Shown here: positions 10,396 to 20,422 of the stretch, in pieces
How the letters are laid out: every line of letters begins with the position of its first letter
How positions within the stretch are numbered: position 1 is the stretch's first letter
From: Clostridiales bacterium
GTDB taxonomy: Bacteria > Bacillota > Clostridia > Saccharofermentanales > Saccharofermentanaceae
Length of the DNA: 64,000 bases
Direction: 5' to 3'
Assembly (NCBI GenBank): GCA_017513085.1
Contig: JAFWDK010000019.1
Span: forward strand, 128,001-192,000
Made by a program: the position numbers and the translations under genes
Notes under the pieces: generated by a model
Told to the model about the DNA's origin: nothing
The model's input: only the letters and a program-made list of their open reading frames with translations
Database searches by the model: none

Positions 10396-11361
10396 TTAGA
10401 TCTTCAACATATCATCGATCATGGCCAGAGCACCATATAGGATCGAATCATCTCCAAGCGCGGCATTCTTGATCTCAACAGTATCGCGGATAGACGGCAT
10501 GCTGTAAAGATCCACTTCTTTCAAGATCTTCGGCAGGAAAACATTTCCCATTGCTTCGATTACGCCTCCGCCTAAAATGACGACCTCCGGACTGAAAGTA
10601 TTGATCAGGTTACCTATACCGATCGCCAGATAATGACATGCACGATCGATTGCCTCGACGGCTACCTCATCGCCCTCCTCATAAGCTGCTTTTAACGCCT
10701 TGCTCTTCAAGATACCCTTATCGATCGCTTTCTCCAAGGAAGTCTTTCTTCCTCGTGCTATCTGTGTCTTAGCATAATCGATAATGCCCTGCTTACTGGA
10801 AAAAGCTTCCAGGCATCCCCGCTGACCGCAGTTACACTTCGGGCCTTCCGGATTCAAGATCATATGTCCGCACTCAGCACCCTTGTCATTGAATCCGGTA
10901 TAAAGCTTTCCGTCCAGGATCAATCCGGATCCCATTCCGGTTCCGACAAAAAGACCGACTACCTGTTTCTTCCCCATAGCCGCGCCGTATTTCCATTCAC
11001 CGTATACACCGACATTTACATCGTTACCGATAAAAAACGGTACATGGAACTCATCTTCGATTGCTTTTTTGATAGCATAATTCTTCCAAGGAAGATTAGG
11101 AGAAAAAAGCACGATACCCTTCTCGATATTAATGACTCCCGGTGCTCCGGCCGCGATGGCATACACATCGGAGATCTTGATCTTGAAATCGGAAAGCAAT
11201 TCTTTAACAAGTTTAATGATCGTATTCTCGATATTTGCGGAATCATCTCCGCCGGATTTGGTCTTCTTCTTAACTCGATGAACCAGCTTCCTATGCGAAT
11301 CGAAAATTGCGCCAAGAACTTTGGTACCGCCGATATCCAGGCAAATAAAATACTTCTCCAT
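10396..11361 (-). CDS. ROK-family sugar kinase (glucokinase-like)
   Basis: LDIGGTK, GNDVN, GTGMGSG, AECGHM..., CNCGQRGCLE Zn motif, ILGGG. Confidence 0.93.
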   Translation of the reverse strand: MEKYFICLDIGGTKVLGAIFDSHRKLVHRVKKKTKSGGDDSANIENTIIKLVKELLSDFKIKISDVYAIAAGAPGVINIEKGIVLFSPNLPWKNYAIKKAIEDEFHVPFFIGNDVNVGVYGEWKYGAAMGKKQVVGLFVGTGMGSGLILDGKLYTGFNDKGAECGHMILNPEGPKCNCGQRGCLEAFSSKQGIIDYAKTQIARGRKTSLEKAIDKGILKSKALKAAYEEGDEVAVEAIDRACHYLAIGIGNLINTFSPEVVILGGGVIEAMGNVFLPKILKEVDLYSMPSIRDTVEIKNAALGDDSILYGALAMIDDMLKI

Positions 11362-11362
11362 A

Positions 11363-11728
11363 TTACTGCTCCTTTCGCTTGATCAACTCATCGACCAGGT
11401 CATACAACCGCTGCACTCCATTTTCCAGATTGAAATAATGGAAGATGTACGGCACAAGAAGGACCAGGATCAGTCCTTCCAGAATCAGGATATATAACGA
11501 TTGTACCACGACAAAAACACCAAACACAATCAGTGCAGCCAGCGCAAAAAGCACTGTCACGATGAGATGGATCAATCGCTCATGCTGGAAGTAGAGAAGC
11601 CATCTTTCCGTATAAGAAAGCAGGCCGATAAGATCCTGCCTGGCATTCTCTTTTCCGCCTGCTTGCGCATCATAATCCGAAAGAAACTTCTCTACACGTA
11701 AGATCAGTTGTTTCAGTTTTTTCGCCAT
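11363..11728 (-). CDS. small 2-TM hypothetical protein
   Basis: 121 aa; FQHERLIHL...PYIFHYFNLENGVQ; 1 nt from the ROK gene start. Confidence 0.75.
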   Translation of the reverse strand: MAKKLKQLILRVEKFLSDYDAQAGGKENARQDLIGLLSYTERWLLYFQHERLIHLIVTVLFALAALIVFGVFVVVQSLYILILEGLILVLLVPYIFHYFNLENGVQRLYDLVDELIKRKEQ

Positions 11729-11748
11729 AAGTCACCCTGCCTTATGAA

Positions 11749-13059
11749 TCATGCACCCTTCTCTTCCGACTTGTCACGGGCGCGCTGTTTCTTCGGTTTG
11801 GAACCCTTGATCAACTCCGGTTTCTTATTCTCCGTAACACATTCCTTGGTTACGATACACTTGACCGCATCCTGTTGGGACGGAACATCGTACATGATAT
11901 CCATCATCAAGTCTTCCAGGATCGCGCGAAGACCTCTCGCGCCGGTCTTTCTCTCAATTGCTTTCTTAGCGATCTCCACCACAGCATCGTCTTCAAATTC
12001 AAGTTCGACGCCATCCATCTTCAGCATCTTCCAATACTGCTTAAGGAGAGCATTCTTCGGTTCACGGAGGATACGGATCAGCGCCTCCTCATTCAAACCG
12101 TCAAGCGTAACATTGATCGGCACACGTCCGATAAACTCCGGAATCAGGCCAAACTTCATCAAGTCCTGCGGCACAAGTTCCGAGAGCCATTCCCCGGCCT
12201 GTTTTTCCGCATTGGAAACGATCTCCGCACCAAAGCCGAAGTTCTTCTTACCTACACGCTGCTCGATGATCTTTTCCAATCCGTCAAAAGCACCGCCGCA
12301 GATAAACAGGATGTTTGTTGTATCGATCTGGATAAACTCCTGATGCGGATGCTTTCTACCACCTTGCGGAGGCACATTCGCAACCGTACTCTCCAGGATC
12401 TTCAGCAATGCCTGCTGAACGCCTTCACCACTAACATCTCTCGTAATCGAAGGATTCTCGGACTTCTTTGTGATCTTATCGATCTCATCGATATAGATGA
12501 TGCCACGCTGCGCAGCTTCCACGTCGTACTCGGCAGCCTGAAGAAGCTTCAAAAGAATATTCTCTACGTCCTCACCGACATAACCGGCCTCAGTCAAAGT
12601 CGTCGCATCCGCAATGGCAAAAGGAACATTCAGCGCTCTGGCCAACGTCTGCGCCAAAAGCGTCTTACCACAACCCGTAGGTCCGATCAGGAGAATATTA
12701 CTCTTTGTAAGCTCGATATCATCCGAAGCGTTAAACTTTGAGAAGACACGCTTATAGTGGTTATATACAGCCACTGACAACGCCTTCTTCGCCTGCTCCT
12801 GTCCGATAACATACTCGTCCAGAGCAGCCTTCAACTCCGCCGGTGTCGGCAGATGGTCTTTCTTCGTACCTTTATTGTACTTGGTATTCTTAAACCCGAC
12901 TTCATCCTCTGCCAGAATGGACTCACAGATCATCACGCATTCATTACAGATATAGATGCCCGGCGGCCCCGCCAGCATACGTGAAACTTCCTGCTCACTT
13001 TTTCCACAGAAAGAGCAATGAATAATGCCATCAAAATCCAGAATGTCGTCTTTACCCAT
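11749..13059 (-). CDS. clpX: ATP-dependent Clp protease ATPase subunit
   Basis: CSFC...CNEC Zn finger, [25 protein letters not shown] loop, FGF (IGF-like) loop. Confidence 0.99.
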   Translation of the reverse strand: MGKDDILDFDGIIHCSFCGKSEQEVSRMLAGPPGIYICNECVMICESILAEDEVGFKNTKYNKGTKKDHLPTPAELKAALDEYVIGQEQAKKALSVAVYNHYKRVFSKFNASDDIELTKSNILLIGPTGCGKTLLAQTLARALNVPFAIADATTLTEAGYVGEDVENILLKLLQAAEYDVEAAQRGIIYIDEIDKITKKSENPSITRDVSGEGVQQALLKILESTVANVPPQGGRKHPHQEFIQIDTTNILFICGGAFDGLEKIIEQRVGKKNFGFGAEIVSNAEKQAGEWLSELVPQDLMKFGLIPEFIGRVPINVTLDGLNEEALIRILREPKNALLKQYWKMLKMDGVELEFEDDAVVEIAKKAIERKTGARGLRAILEDLMMDIMYDVPSQQDAVKCIVTKECVTENKKPELIKGSKPKKQRARDKSEEKGA

Positions 13060-13212
13060 ATTTACTCCTTAAAAAGCACGCGAAGGATAAACCTGCCCGC
13101 GCCTGTTCTCTTATATCATGTTACCCGAAGTATTCATCCGTTTCAATGTTAGAATCATCAAATTATATTACGAATCCTTTTCAATTTACCGCCTACGAAA
13201 AGACAAAAGAAA

Positions 13213-13250
13213 ACTGCCCCTTCATGATGTTCGCTCATATCAGGGGCAGT
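13213..13250 (-). terminator. probable intrinsic terminator after tig
   Basis: ACTGCCCC...GGGGCAGT inverted repeat followed by TTTCTTTT on the minus strand. Confidence 0.7.
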
Positions 13251-13274
13251 CTTGTTTCATTTTGCTAAAAGAGC

Positions 13275-14609
13275 TTACTCTTCGGTCTTCTCGTCAGCCT
13301 TTTCTTCGGCCTTCGGCTCTTCCTTAGGTTCTACCTTAACAGCCTTGGCAGCCAGAGCATCTACTGTCTTTCTGCCAACGATGCTCTCACGCAGGAAGGA
13401 ATCATTATCCTTGATACGCTCCAGCAGATCCTCTTTCTTCATACCATACTGTTCAGCAAGCTTTCCGGCTTCCTCATCAATATCCTCATCAGTAGCTTCG
13501 ATGTTCATAGCCTTTGCACAAGCCTCAAGAACGAGAGAGCTCTTCACACGTGTTTCAGCCATTGTCTTCAAGCCTGTACGATACTCATCCATGGACTGAC
13601 CCATGTACTTGAGGTATGTCTCCAGCTCGATGCCCTGTGCACGCATACGATAAGATTGCTCGTCGATCATGTTGCTGATCTCTGTCTCAACCATGCACTC
13701 CGGAATATCAACCTTGGCATTCTCACAAACAGCCTTGACCACTTCATTCTCGAAGCTGTCCTTAGCCACTTTCTCAGCCTGCTCAGTCTGAGACTTCAGA
13801 ATATCAGCCTTGTATTCCTCGATCGTATCAAACTCACTGACATCCTTTGCAAACTCATCATCAAGCTCAGGAAGTTCCTTAACCTTGATGTCATGAAGTT
13901 TGATCTGGAATGTAGCTTCCTTACCCTTGAGCTCCTCAGCGTGATACTCTTCCGGGAAAGTAACGGTGATCGGGAATTCCTCGTCGATGTTGTGACCGAT
14001 CAGCTGCTCTTCAAAACCAGGGATAAAGGACTTGGAACCGATCTTCAGATCATGGCCCTCAGCCTTACCGCCTTCAAAAGCAACGCCGTCTACGAAACCT
14101 TCATAGTCGATCGTAACGGTATCGCCATCTTCAACCGCACGTCCCTCAACCGGAACCATACGACCGCTTCTGTCCTGTACACGCTTGAGTTCTGCTTCAA
14201 CAGTCTCATCTGTCGGAGCGATGTAACGGTATTCCGCCTCGACGCCCTCGTACTGACCAAGCTCAACTTCCGGCTTAACCGTAACAGAGATCGTGTACTT
14301 CATGCCCTTATCTTCGCCGATCTCCTGAATGTCGAGTTCCGGACGGGAAACCACTTTCAGGTCAAATTCCTTGATTGCTTCGGCATACTGGGGATTGACA
14401 CAAAAATCGATTGCATCATCATAGAAGACTCCCTCACCGTAGTATTGCTTAACGAGCTTATAAGGAGCCTTACCCTTACGGAAGCCCGGAATCTGGAAAC
14501 GATTCTTGTTCTTGTTGTAAGACTTCATCATAGCGGCCTTAAAGTCCTCTGCAGAAGCCTCCAGGGAAATCACAACGATATTGTTGTCTTTCTTCTCGAT
14601 CGATGCCAT
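13275..14609 (-). CDS. tig: trigger factor
   Basis: IPGFRKGKAP ribosome-binding motif, FKBP domain; true start MASIEKK at 14609 after GGAGG (the ORF-track extension overlaps the tRNA). Confidence 0.98.
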   Translation of the reverse strand: MASIEKKDNNIVVISLEASAEDFKAAMMKSYNKNKNRFQIPGFRKGKAPYKLVKQYYGEGVFYDDAIDFCVNPQYAEAIKEFDLKVVSRPELDIQEIGEDKGMKYTISVTVKPEVELGQYEGVEAEYRYIAPTDETVEAELKRVQDRSGRMVPVEGRAVEDGDTVTIDYEGFVDGVAFEGGKAEGHDLKIGSKSFIPGFEEQLIGHNIDEEFPITVTFPEEYHAEELKGKEATFQIKLHDIKVKELPELDDEFAKDVSEFDTIEEYKADILKSQTEQAEKVAKDSFENEVVKAVCENAKVDIPECMVETEISNMIDEQSYRMRAQGIELETYLKYMGQSMDEYRTGLKTMAETRVKSSLVLEACAKAMNIEATDEDIDEEAGKLAEQYGMKKEDLLERIKDNDSFLRESIVGRKTVDALAAKAVKVEPKEEPKAEEKADEKTEE

Positions 14610-14714
14610 ATGTATATCCTCCATAAAATGAATGCTAATTACACGGACAATAAGTTTATCACAGTCTTTATCGCATTTCAATCTTAATTTCCTTACTCTT
14701 ATTAAAAAAGCAAG

Positions 14715-14741
14715 AAAAAAGAGACTGCTTAGCAGTCTCTT
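14715..14741 (-). terminator. intrinsic terminator after tRNA-Arg
   Basis: AAGAGACTGCT/AGCAGTCTCTT hairpin followed by a T run on the minus strand. Confidence 0.85.
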
Positions 14742-14745
14742 CAAT

Positions 14746-14822
14746 TGGCGCGCCCGGCAGAGATCGAATCCACAACCTTCTGATCCGTAGTCAGACACTC
14801 TATCCAGTTGAGCTACGGGCGC
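14746..14822 (-). tRNA. tRNA-Arg (anticodon ACG)
   Basis: GCGCCCGTAGCTCAACTGGATAGAGTGTCTGACTACGGATCAGAAGGTTGTGGATTCGATCTCTGCCGGGCGCGCCA folds into a 77-nt cloverleaf with encoded CCA. Confidence 0.96.
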
Positions 14823-14847
14823 ATATATGCCGTTTCACAGCATGAGT

Positions 14848-14876
14848 ATTTTAGCCCTCAGAAATATAAATGTCAA
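14848..14876 (-). promoter_or_regulatory. sigma-A promoter of the tRNA
   Basis: TTGACA-17 nt-TAAAAT on the minus strand. Confidence 0.75.
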
Positions 14877-14934
14877 TGGTCTTTTTCGAAAATCTTTGCA
14901 AGGCCTTCTCACACCCGGGTTTCTACCGAAAAAA

Positions 14935-15855
14935 TCAAGCTTTTTCAAGTGCTTTTTCCTCATAAAGAGGAATCTCGATCTCGATCTTAAACAACCCGTC
15001 GTCCACGGACGCACGGATATTGCCATGCAGACGTTCCACCAATCCTTTGGCTATCGCAAGACCCAGTCCTGTCGATGTGGATGTTCTGGCCTTGTCACCT
15101 TTATAGAAACGCTCGAAGATCTTATCGACATCGATGATCTCTGTCTCTTTTTTATCGTTATAGCAGCAGAAATACAACTTTCTGTCTCTTTTTTCAAGTT
15201 TCAATCCAAGCCGGTTCTTACCATGTTCCAGCGCATTTTTGACGATGTTCTGGACTACACGGCGAAGCGCAACTTCATTTCCCAGGATCGGCAGGTCTTC
15301 CTCACAGAAAGACACTTCCGGCTCCAGGCCTCTCGTTTCGAAATCCTCGTAGAATGCCAGGACCGTCCCGCACACACACTGTCTGCCATCCATCTTCACG
15401 CAAGAAAGCTCATAATTCTGATCCTGCATCTTAGTATAAGTAAAAAGCTCTTCCAGAAGTTCTTTGAGACTGGAAATGCGTTCCTGTATGATCTTCATGT
15501 AATGCTCTTTTTCTTCGGCAGAATCAGACATTACAAGAAGCTGTACATAGCCGTCCAGAGAAGTCAGCGGAGTACGGATATCGTGAGAAAGATTGGCGAT
15601 CGCTTCCTTGAGATTATTCTCATTTCGTTCAATGAGGATACTCTCATCCTGATATCGGTTACAGATATCGTTCACACGCATGACCAGCTCATTTACTTCT
15701 TTATAAGGTACCTCGGAAGTAAGCCTCTGATTAGAAGAATGCTTCTGCATGACCTCAAGCTGATGACAGTTCTTCTTGATCTGTCTTCGGTATTGGACAA
15801 AAGCAATAAGTATTGCTCCCAACAAAACTGAAACGATGATCACTGCCCAGATCAT
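14935..15855 (-). CDS. sensor histidine kinase with a single N-terminal TM and no extracellular sensor domain
   Basis: ANLSHDIRTPLT H-box, NIVKNA N-box, IFERFY, STGLGLAIAK. Confidence 0.95.
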   Translation of the reverse strand: MIWAVIIVSVLLGAILIAFVQYRRQIKKNCHQLEVMQKHSSNQRLTSEVPYKEVNELVMRVNDICNRYQDESILIERNENNLKEAIANLSHDIRTPLTSLDGYVQLLVMSDSAEEKEHYMKIIQERISSLKELLEELFTYTKMQDQNYELSCVKMDGRQCVCGTVLAFYEDFETRGLEPEVSFCEEDLPILGNEVALRRVVQNIVKNALEHGKNRLGLKLEKRDRKLYFCCYNDKKETEIIDVDKIFERFYKGDKARTSTSTGLGLAIAKGLVERLHGNIRASVDDGLFKIEIEIPLYEEKALEKA

Positions 15856-16664
15856 TTCTTTTCACCCCATTTCAGGTCTCTATTCGATATCACGATCGAT
15901 GTGATCACAATCACAAAAACACTGACGATCAAACAAAAAAGTATAAAACCAAATGCGTCTGTTCTGTTTCGGATCGTCTGCAATTCTCCTAAATATCTCT
16001 TAAAATCCAGCAAGCTGACAATGGCATGTAAAAATGCAATCGGCTGCGTTACGGTATCTATAATTCCGATCGCGTTAGTCAGCACGACAAGAATAACAGG
16101 AAGAAGAACAGATTGCGAAATCAGATAGATTGAATACATAAGCGTGATCAGCATTGCAATAAAACAGATGTATATCGCAAAGAAGATAATAAACTCCTGC
16201 ATCGGCGGGCACACTACACTTCGCTGAGCCACAACTATATGGATCAGAAGAATGAGAATACTTGCGCCGGCAAAAATACAAGAACTGATAAACAATGTGA
16301 TCAGATTGCTCAAATAAACGCGAACCCTTGTGCGCGAAACCGCGCAGATCCTTTCGAAACCCAACCCTTTCTTTTCCCGACGAAAGTATATTAAGCAGTA
16401 TGCCAAAAAGACAGATACACTTTGAAGTGAAACCAGCTTACGACGAATCTGGTCAAGAAGGTTTACCTCTCTCTCAGAAAACGGAGAATAGAAATCTTGT
16501 ACAGCTCTTCCCAAAGCCTCAAAGCGTCCGGTATAAACAAAGTTCTGATAATATCCCCTTGGCATATTGATCCAAAGCACAAAAAGACTATAGAGAATAA
16601 GAATACTCCACATCGTCCGATCCCGCAGCATTTTATAATTGTTCATCTTCATCAGCTGATACAT
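15852..16664 (-). CDS. ABC-2-type permease
   Basis: About 6 TM helices; N-terminus MYQLMKMNNYKM resembles the neighbouring permeases; overlaps the kinase start. Confidence 0.75.
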   Translation of the reverse strand: MYQLMKMNNYKMLRDRTMWSILILYSLFVLWINMPRGYYQNFVYTGRFEALGRAVQDFYSPFSEREVNLLDQIRRKLVSLQSVSVFLAYCLIYFRREKKGLGFERICAVSRTRVRVYLSNLITLFISSCIFAGASILILLIHIVVAQRSVVCPPMQEFIIFFAIYICFIAMLITLMYSIYLISQSVLLPVILVVLTNAIGIIDTVTQPIAFLHAIVSLLDFKRYLGELQTIRNRTDAFGFILFCLIVSVFVIVITSIVISNRDLKWGEKK

Positions 16665-16673
16665 TCCGACCTC

Positions 16674-17438
16674 CTACGCCACATCCCGACGATGGCGTAC
16701 CGCTACCGTTACACCCGAGAAAAATATCGTCACCACTACAAGTAACGGAACAATAACATGGAAATTGGTATAGTTCATTACCAGCTCTCTCGAATCAGTT
16801 GCTTGCATTCCCTCCCAAATAAAGTACGTCATATGACTGACTATCGGTAATGATGATTGAGATATACCAAGCAAGCAGCACAGATCCACCTCCACACTTA
16901 ACAGGAAGACCTCGAATAAACCCGTACAAGCACCAAAGCCAAAGAGTGCACCTCCAAGACGGCTATGTGTAGCTTCGGTAAAAAAACAAGTAAAAGCTGT
17001 CCGGGCAAAAGAGATCAGACTAAAAGCCAAAAACAATTTTGCCAGGTCGGAAGGACTGCTTTTTTCAACATTTGCCATGGGTAGCGCCATAAGAAGAAGA
17101 CAGAAAGCCACTATCAGAACGTTAAGGAAAGCATTTGCGATCAGAGCACTGATTATTCCGGTGCAAGAGGTTTTCCAGTCATTGACCTGAAAAGGGACCT
17201 CCTTATCAAATCCGGAAGACGGAAACATCCCATACCAACTGGCAGCGGCCAGCGGAAGGATGGTTAAATATCCGAACAAAATGTAATAGGGCAAGTAACC
17301 GGTATTCACAACTTCAAAAGAACCGGAGAAAACAGTTAACGTGCAGAAACCAACCCACAAAAGAATAATCACAGCAAAAAAGCGAAAACTTTTGCTCCGA
17401 ATTGCCGAAAAAATCTTCGCGCGGATCAATGCGATCAT
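16674..17438 (-). CDS. ABC-2-type permease (divergent)
   Basis: About 6 TM helices; C-terminal RRDV motif; ATGA overlap with the ATPase. Confidence 0.75.
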   Translation of the reverse strand: MIALIRAKIFSAIRSKSFRFFAVIILLWVGFCTLTVFSGSFEVVNTGYLPYYILFGYLTILPLAAASWYGMFPSSGFDKEVPFQVNDWKTSCTGIISALIANAFLNVLIVAFCLLLMALPMANVEKSSPSDLAKLFLAFSLISFARTAFTCFFTEATHSRLGGALFGFGACTGLFEVFLLSVEVDLCCLLGISQSSLPIVSHMTYFIWEGMQATDSRELVMNYTNFHVIVPLLVVVTIFFSGVTVAVRHRRDVA

Positions 17439-18346
17439 GTTTTCGCGCCTCCGGTGATGGAAAGGAAATAATCCTCCAAAGCCTCGTTCTTAACCGCTAT
17501 ACTTAAAGTCTTGATATTGTTCTTAGCAAGCTCCAGCACGATTTCGCCGCTCTCGGTCAATCGTTCGAATACTTGAATAATACTTTGATCCACAACCTTG
17601 TATTCCGTAATGCCCATTTGTTCCAAAACCGTGCATGCCTTGGTAGGGTCACTCGGACGTATCTCAATACGTTCACTGCATCGCTTCAGCAATTCCTGAT
17701 GCGTGAATTCGTCGATCAGCTGACCATTATGAATAATTCCATAACGTGTCGCTATCTTAGAAAGCTCTTCCAAAATATGACTGGAAATAAGGATCGTGAT
17801 ATTTCTTTCCTTAGATAATCTTCCGATCAGTTCACGGATCTCCACAATACCCTGCGGGTCAAGACCATTGATCGGTTCATCCAGCAGCAGGATATCCGGT
17901 CTGCCGACCAGAGATAATGCGATACCCAGTCTCTGCCGCATACCCATTGAGAGTTTCTTGACCTTCACATTTTCCTTGCCGGACAGTCCGACATCATTAA
18001 GCAACTCATGAAGATACCCGTCATCATTCATACCAAGGGAAAGTGCCTGGATCTTCATATTACTGAACGTAGTCATGGAATTAAAAAGCCCCGGGCTTTC
18101 AATTAATACCCCGACACGGTCGCGAAGCTTCACCGTATTGGAAGCAGGTTCACCAAAAATCGTAAACTGGCCGGCCGTAGGCTTGGATAGTCCGGCCAAC
18201 ATTTTAAAGAAAGTCGTTTTACCGGCACCGTTTCTTCCGATCAAGCCATAGATCTCGCCTCGCTGAACATGGATCGATACATGATCGACAGCATTGATAT
18301 TGCCGTATTTTTTCGTCAGATTATCGGTTTCAAGAATATACTCCAC
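17435..18346 (-). CDS. ABC ATPase, BcrA/LanF type (copy 3)
   Basis: GRNGAGKTT, E-loop GVLIESPG, LSMGMRQR, LDEPINGLDPQG, SSHIL; 303 aa. Confidence 0.93.
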   Translation of the reverse strand: MEYILETDNLTKKYGNINAVDHVSIHVQRGEIYGLIGRNGAGKTTFFKMLAGLSKPTAGQFTIFGEPASNTVKLRDRVGVLIESPGLFNSMTTFSNMKIQALSLGMNDDGYLHELLNDVGLSGKENVKVKKLSMGMRQRLGIALSLVGRPDILLLDEPINGLDPQGIVEIRELIGRLSKERNITILISSHILEELSKIATRYGIIHNGQLIDEFTHQELLKRCSERIEIRPSDPTKACTVLEQMGITEYKVVDQSIIQVFERLTESGEIVLELAKNNIKTLSIAVKNEALEDYFLSITGGAKT

Positions 18347-18371
18347 GGTTTTTCCCCCTTCATCTCATCTC

Positions 18372-18400
18372 ATTATATTTATGGTGAACTCAATCGTCAA
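18372..18400 (-). promoter_or_regulatory. near-consensus sigma-A promoter for ABC module 3 and the kinase
   Basis: TTGACG-17 nt-TATAAT on the minus strand. Confidence 0.75.
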
Positions 18401-18489
18401 TTCAAAACGAAAATAGAACACATCCGGGGAGTGGACATGTTCTATTCTCTGTTAGAGGGTATTATGCTTAGAAAGATCCTGCAAATTTA

Positions 18490-19281
18490 TTATCGTACAT
18501 CTCTCTTCTGCTGAATGAACATTGACAGTCCAAGAGCAACTACGATGTACACAGCTGCGGTGACAACTACACGAATGAGTGTACCGTTGGAAGCTTCATT
18601 CGAAACGGCACTAAATGCACCTTCAAGGAAGAAATCGGAAGGAAGAAGCTTCGGATTGTTGAAGAGTTTGTTGGCACCCAGATCAAGCAATTTGGAGATC
18701 AGGCTCAGAACTCCTGTTGTGATGAGCAAGGAAGGAACCAGGCCTCCGGCAGAGCTTCTGAACACTGTTGTAAAGAAGAAGAACACTGCGGAGAATGCTG
18801 CATAGAAGAGGTAGACGATCAGCATGATCTTACCATAAGCAAGCATATCGCCAAGAACGAAACTGTTCATAAATACTACGGAAAGCAATGTGAAAGTGCC
18901 GTAAGAGACAGCCATAATTGCCGTTACACCGATCATTGCGGACAACCATCTGCAAAGTGTCTGCTTCCACTTATTCTTGGTAATACCGATAATGTTCTTA
19001 TCGAAACCACACTTCTGTTCCGCATTTGTAAAGATAACGACAAAGATTGCAAGAATGATCAGAAGGTCTGTTCCACGCAGGAAGCCGGTGATGGTCTTCA
19101 TCATGTCCATGCCGCCTTCCATCTGGATAATTTCACCCAATCCCCAATTAAATGGATCATCTACATAGATCTTCATGATTCCAAAATCCAGGATTGCAAT
19201 TGCTACGGCTACGATAGCCAAAACCCAGGTAGATACCGCTTTTCTCATGCGGAACAGATTCATTTTAATTAGATTACGCAT
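18490..19281 (-). CDS. ABC-2-type permease (module 2)
   Basis: 6 TM helices, E...GFDKNI motif, C-terminal KRDV. Confidence 0.85.
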   Translation of the reverse strand: MRNLIKMNLFRMRKAVSTWVLAIVAVAIAILDFGIMKIYVDDPFNWGLGEIIQMEGGMDMMKTITGFLRGTDLLIILAIFVVIFTNAEQKCGFDKNIIGITKNKWKQTLCRWLSAMIGVTAIMAVSYGTFTLLSVVFMNSFVLGDMLAYGKIMLIVYLFYAAFSAVFFFFTTVFRSSAGGLVPSLLITTGVLSLISKLLDLGANKLFNNPKLLPSDFFLEGAFSAVSNEASNGTLIRVVVTAAVYIVVALGLSMFIQQKRDVR

Positions 19282-20185
19282 TCTCTTTTCCTCCTGTCAG
19301 CTGGAAGTAATAGTCTTCCAGAGCTTCACTCTTTAATGCAATTTCATTTGTCTGAATGTTTTCTTTTGCCAAAGCTATTGTGATCGCACCGCCTTCGTTC
19401 AATCTCTCGTAAATATTGATGGTGCCATCCTTCACTTCGAGTTTTGAGAATCCCATTCCGTTCAGGATGTTCATGGTCTTCTCAATATCATTTGTCTTCA
19501 GTTCCAGACGTTCGGTGCATCTGCTGAACAATTCTTCTTTACTTGCTTCTTCAAGAAGCTTGCCCTCGTGGATGATACCGTAGCGTGTCGCTACCTTACT
19601 GAGCTCATCCAGGATGTGGCTGGAAATGAGGATCGTAATATTTCTGTCGTGGCAAAGATGTGTCAAAATAACTCTCATCTCTGCGATACCTTGTGGATCA
19701 AGACCATTGATCGGCTCGTCCAGGATCAGGAGTTCCGGTTTATTTACCAGAGCCATTGCGATTCCCAATCTTTGCTTCATACCCAGAGAAAACTGCTTTG
19801 CCTTTTTCTTTCCGGTATTTGTCAATCCGACTTCTTCAAGAAGTCCCTGTAAGTATTTATCATCTTTAATTCCCAAAGCGATTGCTTTGGTTTTCAGATT
19901 ATCAATCGCTGTCATGTTCGGATAAAGACCCGGATTTTCAATCAGAATGCCGACCTTGGCTTTCATCTTCTCGGTATTCTCGCCATTCTTACCGCGGATC
20001 TCGAAGGAACCGGATGTCGGGCGGGAAAGTCCGCCGATCATTTTCATTAATGTTGTTTTACCTGCGCCGTTTCTACCGATCAAACCGTAGATATCGCCGC
20101 GCTGTACATGGATGGTAACTTCATTGGATGCTTTGTAGTGACCATACTTTTTTGTCAGTGCATTTGTTGTCAAGATGTAATCCAT
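19274..20185 (-). CDS. ABC ATPase, BcrA/LanF type (copy 2)
   Basis: GRNGAGKTT, GILIENPG, FSLGMKQR, LDEPINGLD; 303 aa. Confidence 0.93.
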   Translation of the reverse strand: MDYILTTNALTKKYGHYKASNEVTIHVQRGDIYGLIGRNGAGKTTLMKMIGGLSRPTSGSFEIRGKNGENTEKMKAKVGILIENPGLYPNMTAIDNLKTKAIALGIKDDKYLQGLLEEVGLTNTGKKKAKQFSLGMKQRLGIAMALVNKPELLILDEPINGLDPQGIAEMRVILTHLCHDRNITILISSHILDELSKVATRYGIIHEGKLLEEASKEELFSRCTERLELKTNDIEKTMNILNGMGFSKLEVKDGTINIYERLNEGGAITIALAKENIQTNEIALKSEALEDYYFQLTGGKENA

Positions 20186-20306
20186 TTTCTTGCCCTCCTT
20201 TAGCTTACGAATTCATTCTACCGATGAATTCCTAACGAATCGCCAAGGAGTGGTTTATTATTCAAAAAGAAACGTTAAAGAAAAAGTTAAGTCCATAAAA
20301 CGCAGT

Positions 20307-20342
20307 AACGGCAGTCCTTTTCAATTATCAGGGCTGCCGTTT
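20307..20342 (-). terminator. hairpin between ABC modules 1 and 2
   Basis: AACGGCAGTCCT...AGGGCTGCCGTT inverted repeat; weak U-tract. Confidence 0.55.
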
Positions 20343-20422
20343 GGAGTAAAAATAATATAATTACCCGTTCTGTATACCTTATATATTTATAAACATATAA
20401 CTAAGAAATAGATCCTAAACTA

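Noticed and set aside
14610-14798. N-terminal extension of trigger factor in the ORF track
   Set aside because: It overlaps the tRNA and its terminator; a good RBS precedes the ATG at 14609.
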